Source: Camelus ferus | Taxonomy: Eukaryota | Length of the DNA: 64,000 nt | Assembly: GCF_009834535.1 (NCBI RefSeq) | Contig: NC_045697.1 | Coordinates: 78,184,001 to 78,248,000 of the forward strand | Reading direction: 5' to 3' | Shown here: positions 37,151 through 48,700 of the stretch, piece by piece | How the letters are laid out: each line of letters begins with the position of its first letter | Position numbering within the stretch: position 1 is the stretch's first letter | The notes under the pieces: model-generated | Databases searched by the model: none | What the model saw: only the letters and a program-made list of their open reading frames with translations | What the model was told of the DNA's origin: nothing | Translations under genes and position numbers: made by a program

Positions 37151-37425
37151 GAGCTGCTCACTTGGTTAGAAAATAGTATTCTTGAGGCCAAGGTCATGAG
37201 TTCAAATTCCAGGTGGTCAAGAGAATTTTGCATGGAAAAGGACTTGGTCCCAAAGCCGTGGATTGCCTCTTTAATCTCAGTCCAGCATGTGGCATTGTTA
37301 TTGTTGTACACGTCAAATCGAGTGGGCTGACGGTTTTATGCAAACCTTTCACCGGGCCTGGACTGACCACTCAGCAAAGACACAACTGGTGAGTCACCAG
37401 CATTCTCTCTGCACATAAAGAACCT
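37151..37425 (+). mobile_element. MamSINE1-like ancient tRNA-derived SINE
   Basis: tRNA-like head with A-box GCTCACTTGG(TTAGA) and B-box (CCAAGGTCATG)AGTTCAAATTCC, followed by a body resembling the recalled MamSINE1 consensus (GCAAACCTTTCACC...CTGGTGAGTCA). Confidence 0.65.
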
Positions 37426-39984
37426 GTGCATTTCAGATAATTTTCATGCTTACTCTGCTGAAGCAAGATTGAAGAAAAGCTCAAAAATAATGTCTGCTTT
37501 TGTGGGTAGACACTAAGATGTTGGTTTGGAGAATTTATTCTGAGAAGAAAGACTTCAAATCAAAAAAACAAAACAAAAAAAATCAAAATATCTATAATAA
37601 AAAGGGTCCAAAGGAGTCATAAAAACACAAACCTTTAATATTATCACCTTCAGTCCAAAGAATTCTTCTGCTCTTTCTTGTATATCTTATTTCATCTTCT
37701 CCATTGTCTAGTAAAATTATAATTAATATATATATATGTAAAACATAGAACTTGAAGCTTTTATGAATATTCATATAGATTCAAAGTTTCAAGGCTACTG
37801 AAAATCTTCTTTTATATTAGTTCATTGCTTGGGAAGTCAGGGATGCAAATACTAAACAGTAGGGAAATTTTAAGCCAAATCACATGCAAATAAGTAAATA
37901 TAAATAAAAATATTTCGGCTTCTGAAATCAGCTGTTTTTAAAAGTTTCCTCAAAGCTGTTAAGATCAGATGCACTCAAATCATGCGTTCTTCAAGCATAT
38001 TCTCCTGGTAAATGTCATGCTCTGAATAGATTCAGAGGAAATCGGAATTAAACTTAGGCTCGTGTTCCTGTTGATCTACACATATTACTGAATTCATTTT
38101 CGATAAAAATCCTTTTTTCTTAGTCAAGTGCAGGCTAGAACTTGTTAGGCAAGAGGAGAAGAGTTCCACTTAAATTTTTGCTCCTTTGAAAGTTCATTAG
38201 ATAAGTTTGTTTTTTCAAGTTGATTTCAAATTGATATTATGTCTTTAATATCAAATTGGGATTAAACATCAAGTTCAACGTTTGTGACTATCCCTGATAC
38301 CCAGGAAGTTCAGTAGCCCTGGTTCACCCACTGCTCAGGACAAGCGTTTGCGGCTTATGAAATAGCACTGAGTGAGAAATACCCACACTGAGCATCAATG
38401 AGCATGATCCAAGTAGGTCAGAGCTCTGAACTAATTAGATCTTCAAGAACTGAAGCTAAAATTCATTTTAGAAGTAAAAAAAAAATGAAAATCCGAGAGC
38501 AGGGAGCCTTCCTCGCCAGCGTCCCGAAGACATTAAGCTTGCAAAGGCATTTCCCTAGGAAGGGAATTGCTTTTTCGTTCTTGTTCACGGCTGATCCGTG
38601 AGAAAGCTTACTGTCTTCGTGTAAAACTTCATGGAGGAGGGAAATTGAAAATGAATGTCATATTGTTGGTTGGGCTGACAACCACAATATTACTTACATT
38701 TTGGAATTTCAAAACCTGAAGCGCATTGAGATTAAATAAATCGCTCTCAGGTAACAATTAAGAAAGATAATAAATCAACTTAAGGACTCAAGATTTTGGC
38801 TTTAGTTATATTCTTAGGAACACTGATCTATATTATTCTTGTGTAATTTATTCCTTTCTTTGTATATTTTCAGTCCTTATAAGTTTTGTTGTATGATGTT
38901 TGACCCTAGAATTTTTATTTGTTGTAAACTGAAAGTGCATATGAGCTTGTTTGTAATTTAGAGAGACAGAGCTTCTTTACAAGAGTTTTCCTCAAAAGAG
39001 GGGTCAATGCACTGACAGCGATCAGAGCATATGCTAATCTTCAGGCTCATTTCCTTATCTGGTAGCAAAATACTTTTAATATGTGTAAAGAGTCTCAGAA
39101 GCTATTTAGGACAAAATGAAATCGAACAGTCATGTACGTATTATATGTATACGTACATATAATTTTATGTGTTGTAACTGACCCTCTTATAAATTGTATC
39201 TATGACAAAATATATTGATTTCTCATCAACAGCATAAGGAGAATTTAAATTTTAAGTATGACGTATGTTCATATTTTTCAAATAAATACTGGATAGCATG
39301 GGCCAGCAGCACTGATAAGAGATGTGTCTGGTGATTATTAGCGCCAGACACTGATGTTAAGTGGTGATTGCATTGTAGGAGCGCACAGCTTTAACGACAG
39401 GATCTCAATGTCTTTAATGGTTATTAAAAACAATCTTTATTTTGATGTGTAGGGAAACCAGGGTTGAAATAATTGAATGGCTTTGTAGTAGTATGTGGCA
39501 ATTTAGAATTAGATGTAAGATCTTCCACTAAATGTACGGGAGTTCCTAAATCTGTAAATGCTATTTTAATATTTGAATACTAGTTATTTTGACAGATGAA
39601 CTATGCATATAGATAACACAGATGCCCACAGGTACAATTTATTTGTTAAAAGTCCCATTTCCAGGAGTAACTGAATAAATAATTTAATTAGTGAAAGATA
39701 GAAATCAGATCACTGAATTTTTTTAGCAGTTACCAGTGGTTAATTCTGAGTTCTGCAGCAAATTCTGTAAATCATTTCCAAAAAATAAAGTCTACTTAAA
39801 TGTTAGGTTTCTTATTACTATTCTCCAAGAATTACTGGTGTAAGCAAAAACTGTGCTTTACTTAAGTCCTAAAGTTCATCGTCAGTTGACCCATATTACC
39901 CATCATTTATCCTGAGTGCTGTAGCCTATAAACAGACTAAAGCCAAAGAAGACATCCAGTTATTCTGGGAATGAACATGGTGTA

Positions 39985-41110
39985 ATAGCTGTAGGAGTTT
40001 ACTGGAAAGACCTAGAAGTCTTAGAGTCCAGATCTGGTTCTTGTACTGACTTGACATCCTCTCTTGGATGTTTCAAAGACACCTCAGAATCAGCATGTGT
40101 GAGACTGAACTCATGATCTTCCCTCAGACCCGGTCATCTTTCATTGTTTCCTATCTCAGCAACGGCACTAGCGTCCAGCCAGCGCGAAGCTCAGAAACCT
40201 AAAAGTTGTCCTTTACACCTCCATCTTCCTAACCCCCCTCATTCCATCCATCACTGGATCCTGTGGATTTTCCCCCTGTAATACCTCAAATCTGCCAGTT
40301 TATCTCCATCTCTGCTGCCTCCACCCTAGTCCGGGACGCCATTGTCTCTTGCCTGGACTCATGTCTTCTAAGTGGTCTGTGAGTCATCGCTCCCTGTGCA
40401 CTCTACAGCAGAGTGACCTGTTCAAAACGTAAATCTACCTCCACTACCCTGCATAAAACTCTTTACTTATCTTCAGATAAATGGAGGATGGGGAGGCATC
40501 TTAGTCAGAACTGGAAGGCACCACATGCCGTCTGCGACTCACCGCTCCAGCTTCACATCGCCCATTCTCCTCTCTCTGCTGAAGCCAAATGAAGTCACCT
40601 TTTTTTGGTCACTCATATTTGCCTGCCACAAGGCTTTTGCACTGGCTTTCCCCTCTGCTGGGACCCCCTTCATTCTCGTCTTTGCCTTATTAACTCCAAC
40701 TCATTTCTCAGGTCTCAGCTTGCATCAGTTCCTCAGGGAGATCATCCCTGACAGTATTAAGTTAAATTTCCCACTGAGAGGCTCCCCTTGCCCTCTTTGT
40801 CTTGGGAGCACTCTTACATATGTGGGTGTGGTTGACTATTACAGTGATAGCAGTGACTTCCCACCTCCCTCCCCACTAGAGACGATAAATTTTGTAGGAT
40901 TGGAGACAGAATCTATGTTTCTTTATCAGTATGTTTTTAGTACTTGGTCATATGCTGGGTGCCTAATAGTTTCTTGATGAATAATGAATGAATAAATGAT
41001 CTAGCTATATCTTTGGATAAGTTATTAACTACTTATGCTGTGGTATCCTTGCCTGTAAAATGGAGGAAGATTTAATATTTTTTAAACATTCTTGCAGGTT
41101 TTTTTCTAAT
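39985..41110 (+). mobile_element. MIR SINE split by the L2 at 40047-41000
   Basis: 5' part ends GTCCAGATCTGGTTCTTGTACTGACT; 3' part resumes CTAGCTATATCTTTGGATAAGTTATTAAC...CCTGTAAAATGG. Confidence 0.65.
40047..41000 (+). mobile_element. L2 3' ~950 bp inserted into a MIR
   Basis: TTGACATCCTCTCTTGGATGT...CAGCATGTGTGAGACTGAACTC...CCACCCTAGTCC...TCTTGCCTGGACT, ending in the L2 tail GAATAATGAATGAATAAATGA. Confidence 0.88.
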
Positions 41111-41453
41111 AGAATCCAAAATATTGCAAATTTGAAATTAAGTTGTGAGTTAGTTTGGAAACCTGTTCGGTGCTCGCTCATGGTACCCATCCGTGATTGT
41201 TGGATGGAGAAGGGGTCCAGGTAGAGCACAAAGAGGAGAGAAAAAGAGAGTGCAGAGAAGAGAAAAGAAGAGAGAGAAAACAAATACATAGAAAACATCC
41301 GGAAGGAAAGCAAAGGAGGGAGAGGTGGGTCAAGCTGAAAATGGGTGAAGCCAGGGACTGAGTGTGACCTTCTTCTTTACTCCACATGTTAAGAAGAGAA
41401 GTTTTAACCTCATATAGTGAAGTGCTTTCAAGCTTATGTGCTCCTCCCTCACA

Positions 41454-41464
41454 ACACACACACA

Positions 41465-41495
<31 letters not shown>
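41454..41495. repeat. (CA)n microsatellite
   Basis: Read directly; one TA interruption. Confidence 0.97.
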
Positions 41496-43184
41496 CCCAG
41501 AGCTGGCTTGACTGAATTAGTGAGCTAATGGAGGACTTATGATCTGAGCTCAGGATTCCTGACTCCCACACTCTTGCCTTTCATCAGATTAAAATCTCTA
41601 CACATCTTTTGTGTTAGTGGGTAGTAAGTTTAAAGTATATTTGAGCTGTCATTTAAAAATTTGTCGTCTATAAGGAAATGAAGGGAGAGGGTAAAAAGAG
41701 AGAGAAAGAAATCTGGATTGCATTTTCCTGACCCGTAAGGGGATTTTACTAAGAAAACAGACTTTAACGTAAACAACCTCTATATTCTTCATGTTGTCTT
41801 TTAAAATAATGATTCTGTAAATAACTTACTTTTCCTAAAATGCGTAAGTTGGATTCCTAAGATCCTTTTTTTCGGAGATTTGTTTCAGGTTCAGCCAAAG
41901 ACAAAATCTTCCAAACTTTTGATATTCTTTTGCTCACAACAGCTTTTCAAAAGGTAGATGACTAGGAAATGTACTTTCATTCTCCACTTAGTGCTCAAAC
42001 ATTAGTTTGACTTTAATAGGCTGGGATGATTTCAGCTTATAAATCTTCAACTGGAGGATAAAGTTCAAGTAGATAAAATCAAACAGATGTTGGTGGGAGG
42101 ATTTCTTCATGACCCATAAAAGTGCTATCATCAAAGCCGAGAATCATTTGTTTTGAATTATTACACTGTTATCAAAAGGACTGTAGCAGTCTGTTTGTTG
42201 AGGAATTGGATCTGTTTATCTGAAAACAGAACAAAGATGCCATGCTAAGGCGTCCCTGGGAAAGTGTGGTTCAGATGATGGCTGACGGAGTAGGCTAGCT
42301 CTGAGACACTTTGATTGACATTTGTCAGCAAACATGGTAGCCGGGGCCTGTCATTGCTGAGCTGCGTGGAAGAGCCCTGTGTTAACCAGAACTTGGCCAC
42401 AGGCGGGGTGGGGGTCAGTGGGAGGGAAACCCTCTAAGTAAAACAAGAAAGCTCATTCCTCAGTGAATAATTAGCTGTCAGTGAGGGAAAAATAATCAAT
42501 TTACTAAATTTTTAAATGGATGGCAAGGAAATGGTACTGAAATGCTCCCCCCAGGAGCACTTGTCCTGAAGCTGGTGTCAGTGCGAGGACCATCTCGTCT
42601 CCATAGGCTGTTAGTAGGACTAGTTCACACCTGTGTGCAAAGGCAGGCCCATGCCTTATACCTCGACTCTTCAAAATGTCTTTAGTCATTCTATTAAATC
42701 TGGTTTGTAGGATCAGATGTATTTTGGGGTTGGATGCACTCTGAGGGCAATGAAGAAATTAAAAATCTCAAAATACAATACAAACAAATGACTCTTTTGA
42801 GCATATAGGTAGTCATGTTGCTACAGGGTGAAAACTGTGTTTATCAGAGTATTTTTTACAACTGATACATTCAGAACATGCCCCTTTTGTTATCAAAGTT
42901 GTCAGATATGTACTGAATTATCCTCGTAGTAGAACTGAACTAATCACTGGTTTTCTACTTCTCTAATACTAACCTCCCCCTTTGGACCTTGCAGACCCTC
43001 TATAATCTGGCCTTTCTCTAACGAGCCTCACTTTCCTCACCCTGGTGCTGACAAAAGTGCTCTGCTCTTTCCAGTTCTCTTGTTCTCATTGCTGTTATCA
43101 ATTTCAAGTAACTTGTCTTCCCCTCTCACATCTGTCTGTCTGATTCTCTGCCTTAAAATTCTTAACTTTTTTTTTCTTTTTCGC

Positions 43185-43290
43185 TTCAAAAGCTCTTTTG
43201 AGACTTTGATAAAAGCTAAAATCATTTCCCAGAAAACATAGTTGTATTTAAAATTTTGCGTGCAATCTGAGGACATCCAAAGATCTGATG
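43185..43290. mobile_element. Non-autonomous hAT MER fragment (MER103-like)
   Basis: CTTTTGAGACTTTGATAAAAGCTA...CCCAGAAAA...AAATTTTGCGTGCAAT resembles a recalled hAT-Charlie MITE core; family name uncertain. Confidence 0.4.
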
Positions 43291-43419
43291 TCATTTTTGG
43301 TCCCCATCCCCTCCCCTCAGGATATGAGCCTCTGATAAATCCTTTAAGACCTGACAAAAGCCCTACTTCTCCATGAGACTAAGCTTTTGCAATACGTAGT
43401 GTGGACTGTTTTATATAAC

Positions 43420-43572
43420 ACTTAGTGAGGAAGGCCTCAGGGTTTAAGAAGTTGGGTTCCCGCCCTGTTTCCTACTGGCTCTGTAACTGTAGGACCCAGC
43501 CTGTCTGGAATTTTCTGCACCGTAAATGAAGGGACTGATCTTTCATTTGCTCTAAGAAGTTTGTGATTCATG
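43420..43572 (+). mobile_element. MIR3-like SINE
   Basis: GGGTTCCCGCCCTG...CTGGCTCTGTAAC...GTAAATGAAGGGACTG...GCTCTAAGAAGTTTGTGATTC. Confidence 0.55.
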
Positions 43573-44684
43573 GCTTGTTCTTATTGTTCCAACTAGATTG
43601 TAAGCTCTTTGTGGGAAAGAGCCGTACCTTATCCATTCTCTCTACATTATAGATTATCTAACATAATGCTCACTTCCAGAAATTAACCAGCCAACAGTTA
43701 CCAGGTACGTACTTAGAAGAAAATAAAGCAAGCAGCATACTACCTGGCTTTTTCTCTGAGCTGAACTTTCGTTGTGCTTAATTCAGAAGCAGACATTTTA
43801 ACTTAAATGAAAAATCATGTGGCCTCCCATTGGCTTTATTTTCTTACACTTTACCCCTTTTCTTCAAAAATTCAGTTTACTTTGTCTACAACACTGTATT
43901 AATGAAGAATCTTGATTTTTATTCCTAGAAAATATTTTTCTTTTTCTTTTTGGGGAAGTTGTTTTAGGGTATATACGATCATGCTGCATAAATATCATTT
44001 CACATTTGCCTCTGAATAAATCTTTTCCACACCCATTTAATCGCAAACATGCAATGCCTTCCCTCTATAACTTTTTCAAAGGACTAAGAAAAGCAAACGC
44101 TATAAATGGGAAAGTGTTACATGTGGGGAACACTGCTCGAATGGAAATGCAGTCACAGGACTGCAGTATCCTCAAGGGAATGCCTGGGACATCTGGTACC
44201 CCAGAAAGGGACATCTTTAAATGGATGGTAGATGTCCTCCCTTACTTGATTGAGCTGCTGGTGGGGATGTGACGGTGGTGGTGACACCTCTAGCAAGCCA
44301 GTCTAACATTCTAGGGACTTTCACAGTGAAAGTTACCATGCCTAACACTGCCGAGAGCATTAGGTCACATCCAAAGCTCGCTCTTTCTTTTCCCCTCTTC
44401 CTGTCCCAAAAACATTCCTCAAGAAGAGGAGGTCTGATATGAATCAAAGACTCAAGGGGTGACCTTAATGATATAGAGTTTCTGTAGGAGAAATAAAATG
44501 GTTTAATTAGAATTGATTAAATTGGGGAAAGCTTCTCTCGCTTCCCTTTTTGTTCTTTGAGAGCTGATGTTTGGGATTTCACCTCTTCAGGGAGCTGGTA
44601 TTTTGGATGGGTACCGGACCTGTCTCTCTGTCAGATTTCCTCTTCTCTCCCTTCAACACTCATACGCAAACACACACGCACACA

Positions 44685-44840
44685 CTCATGATTCAGTTGG
44701 AGTTCAAATAAAGAACATGTGGTGAGAAACTTAGTTAGGGAAGCCTCCTGATTTGGTTGGGCTTGTCTTCCTTGTCTATTTCCTGTTTACTTCTGTACAG
44801 GGCTGAGATCAGGGTGGAACCCTAGAGGAAAGTAAGCAAA
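44685..44840 (+). promoter_or_regulatory. Candidate enhancer/promoter with FOX:ETS composite motif and small exon
   Basis: ATTTCCTGTTTAC 44778-44790 (GTAAACAGGAAAT on minus); RUNX-type TGTGGT ~44718; acceptor TGTACAG|G 44800/1 and donor AAA|GTAAGC 44831/2. Confidence 0.35.
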
Positions 44841-45174
44841 GGGGCAGAGTGTGGAAGCCTTAAATTCAAAGGATTAATGATTCTTTAGGTGCACTTTTGA
44901 TGGAACCAAATTTACCAGCATTGAAATGAGCAGGAAGTTGGAGTAAAACTCAACTAGTTAAAGAAAAAAAGAAAGAAAAGAAAGACCAAGAGAAAGACAG
45001 AAAGAAGGAAGGAAGGAAGGACAATATTCATCTGTGGTGTTCTCTGGTACAAACATCTTTGAAAATCTAACATGATGGTCACCAATAGACTTGTAAATGA
45101 TTATTTTAATCTCTTACTCTCTTTGAAGACCACTAACATTTAACTGAAAACAAAACAAAATAAAACAAAAACTT

Positions 45175-45516
45175 CAAGAGCTTTGGCCAAACTCAGGACA
45201 GAGGCTTGCTTTGTTTGGCCCACCCACACAGTGTGTTTTTATTTTTATTTTTTGTAATTGCCAACATTTAAAACTTAAGAAATTTCTGATAAAACCCTTA
45301 ATTTTGGGATTCTCCAAAAAATGGGAAGAGCTAGCAAATATGGGTTCAAGTTCCCACAGGGTGCAATCATCTGGAGAACCTTAGCAGCCGACTGTGCAGA
45401 GGGAATGCGACCTCTGGTTTGCAGCAATCCATACCATTCCTCAGTGCTTCCTCCTAGAATTGCACTCACTGGACATCCTCACCTCACACTGTGGGCATTT
45501 AAATATGCAAACAGTG
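45175..45516 (+). mobile_element. MER102-like hAT-Charlie element
   Basis: TTTGTTTGGCCCAC...TTGCCAACATTTAAAA...AAAATGGGAAGAGCTAGCAA...CTGTGGGCATTTAAATATGCAA. Confidence 0.75.
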
Positions 45517-46088
45517 TTCTTAAATGTTTCCAGGTGAAGTCTGCTAATACATTTTCTGCAGTCATAAGAGTTTTATAACAAAAATTGTAATCTACCCTAT
45601 TCCATACACCTTTACTTTTATGAAGACATTATTTCGCCAAATAACCATTTCTTGTCTAGTCAAAATGAGTCTTTCTCTTGAGTACTTATTTTCTATGGGT
45701 TTAATCATTTTTACTGTTTTTCAGACCACCTTTACAATCTATAGAAAGCCAAATCTGTAAGGTTTTAAACCCACACTAATGTGGACTTTTCTCAGATTAC
45801 ATTAAGAAAAGGATTGGGACAATTTTAGGGGCTCCTTAGTATTCAATGGCTCTTGCAGATTTCTGAGTAGAGTTAGGTTTTTTTTTTTTTTATATGTTTA
45901 GCATTTTTTTTTTGGCTAAAATTCATAGTTGCTTTTAGTTCTTTTTGGAGTTTGTCTGATTCATCCATCTACCTACTTACCTGCCTACCTACCTGCCTAT
46001 AGCCACAGCCAGCAAGTAGGATCACTAATATTTATAGATGGGGAAGTCAGGGTCAATCTTCTTTTTTTAAGTTCGTTCTTTTACTTCT

Positions 46089-46190
46089 ACATTTAACAAA
46101 TGTTTATTTATACAATATCTATTTTATTTCAGACACTGTACTAGGCACTAAAGGTATAACCAAGTATGAGTCATAATTTCAGATTTCAAG
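46089..46190 (-). mobile_element. L2 3' end
   Basis: CATTTAACAAATGTTTATT...CAGACACTGTACTAGGCACT. Confidence 0.6.
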
Positions 46191-46192
46191 AT

Positions 46193-46330
46193 TCATCATT
46201 TTACAGAAAAGGAAAGTGAAAGCTGTAGCTAAATGATTTGTCTAAGGTTGTGTAATTAATTAAGGTAGAGCAAGGATTTGAACATTCATCTGCTGGATTT
46301 GGACGTCCCTGTTTTTTCCATTATGCAGCA
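46193..46330 (-). mobile_element. MIR SINE
   Basis: CATTTTACAGAAAAGGAAAGTGA...AATGATTTGTCTAAGGT...GGATTTGAAC. Confidence 0.7.
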
Positions 46331-46372
46331 TTTCTTTTTTTTTAATTTCAATTTTTCATTAAAACAGACTAA

Positions 46373-46612
46373 TTGTTTGTTTATTTATGTATTTAATTGA
46401 AGTGTAGTCAGTTTACAGTGTTGTGCTAATTTCTGGTGTACAGGCTAATAGTTCAGTCATCCATATACATACATATATTGGTTTTCATATTCTTTTTCCT
46501 TATAGGTTACTACAAAATATTGAATATAGTTCCCTGTGCTGTACAGAAGAAACTTGTTGTTTATCTATTTTATGTATAGTAATTAGTGTCTGCAAATCTT
46601 GAGCTGCCAATT
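46373..46612 (-). mobile_element. Short LINE-1 3' UTR end
   Basis: TTAATTGAAGTGTAGTCAGTTTACAGTGTTGTG...ATTGAATATAGTTCCCTGTGCTGTACAG...TCTGCAAATC; its far end aligns by eye to 8730-8800. Confidence 0.9.
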
Positions 46613-47297
46613 ATTCTTTTCTAAGTATCAGAAAATCACAGGTAATCAGCCATAAATAAGCATGACTTATATAACTGGAACATTATTTCTGACTTCTCTA
46701 ATTGTCCCAGTTTTTGGATGTGAACTCTGGCAGATTCTATGAATTTTTCAGTCACTCTTAAGTAAAAGAAAGTACAGTGGTCACTAAATCATGAGCAAAA
46801 TCTCAACTCAGAAATCAGAATGCCAGATGGAATATATGAACCCACCTCTCCCCACCTCCCCTCTCCCGTTCCCCCCTCTCCTGTCCTTAGCTCCTCTCTC
46901 TCCATCAGCCAGCACACAGCTGTCTGTATGCTACAATCTGGCCTGTGGGGGCGTTGCTATGTTTCAAAAAGTCTCCTCTTCTGGGCCCTTTGAATTGTGG
47001 GTGCTTGTATTCACTCAGCAGATATTTCTGTTTCCCAGAAGTGTGGTATTAAACTCAAAAACAAACAAAAAATAAAATGAACGAAAACTGACATGTTGAA
47101 AGAAAGAGATCATGAAAGAAAGGAAAAAAATGTATATTTTCCTAACTCCAATGGCACTTTTTTCCTGTTTTTCCTTTGTGTTGAGACAAGACAGAGTGGC
47201 CAAGGTAGAAGCTGTGAGGCCATCAGCAAGCACGGTATTCAGTTAGGCCCAAGGTGGTGACGCCTTGGACCAGGGGGATGCAGTATTGGTTTATTTC

Positions 47298-47432
47298 TCA
47301 TATATATATATCCTTCTAAAATATATATGTATACACACACACGTGTATATACATATATGTGTGTGTGTATATATATATATATATAGAGAGAGAGATAGAT
47401 ATAGATATAGATATAGATATAGATATAGATAT
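47298..47432. repeat. Compound (TA)n/(CA)n/(TG)n/(GA)n/(TATAGA)n microsatellite
   Basis: Read directly. Confidence 0.95.
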
Positions 47433-47495
47433 GTTGTACTCGAAGGATTTTCTTTCCTCCTCACTTCTAGCCATGTGGCAATTCAGATAATTCTT

Positions 47496-47699
47496 TTTTT
47501 TTAATTGAAGTATAGTTGGTTTACAATGTTGTGTTAATTTCTGGTGTACAGCATAGTGATTCATTTATATGTGTGTGTGTGTGTATATATATGTGTGTGC
47601 ATAATAAATATATATTTACTCCTTTTCATGTTTATAGGCTATTACAAGGTATTGAATATTGTTCCTTGTGCTATACAATAAGATCTTGTTCTTAGCGAC
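47496..47699 (-). mobile_element. Short LINE-1 3' UTR end with perfect 13-bp TSD
   Basis: TTAATTGAAGTATAGTTGGTTTACAATGTTGTGTTAATTTCTGGTGTACAGC. TSD TCAGATAATTCTT at 47483-47495 and 47700-47712, followed by AA. Confidence 0.93.
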
Positions 47700-48180
47700 T
47701 CAGATAATTCTTAATTCTAAGAAAATTTTACTTTAAAAAGTCTTTGGATAAATTAGATAGAACAGGCATCGCCAATTTAAATGTAAAACTACTCCCTAAA
47801 GTGCTTTTCTCGTAAATTGTGGTAGAAATTACACTTAGTAGGTGTTCCTTAGCAAATCATTAATGTCATGCTTTGTTATGGTTCATAGTGGCATTTCCTT
47901 GTAATGGATGGTTATTTCATATAAAAGATGTAAAGAGAATGAACACACGTGTGAATAACTCTCCCAGGTGCAAAACAAAGGCTTTTGAACCAAATGTTAT
48001 GTGTCCATTAAAAAAAATTAGCTCTATCATTAAGAAGACCTAAAACTTTTATGGATTTTAGAGAAGCTCATTAGTTGGCTGAAAAGGACCCAAATTTCCA
48101 TCATTTTATGTCCAATGCTGTGATTCTAAACATCACTGAATCTTTTAAAAAGCTGGTTTCTTTTTCTTATTCCTGATAAA

Positions 48181-48486
48181 TCACGATTCCTCCCAAACCC
48201 GTTTGGGGCATTGGTTCGGGCTCTCCTTAACCGGGTGCTTCCAATGGGATTCCTCTTCTTGGGCAGCAAGTCAGTTATTACTGTCAGGAGATAACTGCTA
48301 TTGAAGAAGAGGGAACGTGCTGAAGAGGTAGTGAAACGAAGCAGGGGGTATGCAGAGACTGCCCCCAGGTAAAGTCACTGCGTACCTGCATTTTGACTGG
48401 ATCGAGAATTACAGCCGCGATAATTAGCAGTGCATTTTTGTATTAGGACACGCCAGGCCTGCAACTTCATTTTTTTTCTTTCTTTT

Positions 48487-48520
<34 letters not shown>

Positions 48521-48700
48521 TCTTTTTCTTCCCTGAGCCTTGTCCTAAGGAGAAAGCCAGGGGTGGGGGTGGGGGTGGACTGAAGTGAGAATTAGATTAA
48601 AGCTGCCTTGCACTGCCGAATGCTGAGCCTACATGAGCTGCTGGATCAAGGACCAGCCCTGGAAAAGCTTTCCTACAGTTGCTAAAAGTAAGCACGGCAT
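48181..48700 (+). promoter_or_regulatory. Candidate alternative promoter / first-exon cluster of an unidentified plus-strand host gene
   Basis: 11 CpGs in 48181-48455 in non-repeat DNA; GGGGTGGGGGTGGGGGTGG at 48560-48578; donor-like sites CAG|GTAAAG (48368/9) and AAA|GTAAGC (48687/8). Confidence 0.4.

Noticed and set aside
37151..37215. tRNA-like A/B boxes
   Set aside because: No intact cloverleaf or acceptor stem; better explained as a SINE head.
40525..40977. 150-aa ORF (and the 167-aa ORF at 55663-56166)
   Set aside because: Both lie within decayed L2 sequence and show no protein motif.
44006..44272. 88-aa ORF (…MEMQSQDCSILKGMPGTSGTPERDIFKWM…)
   Set aside because: No recognisable homology and no convincing splice signals.
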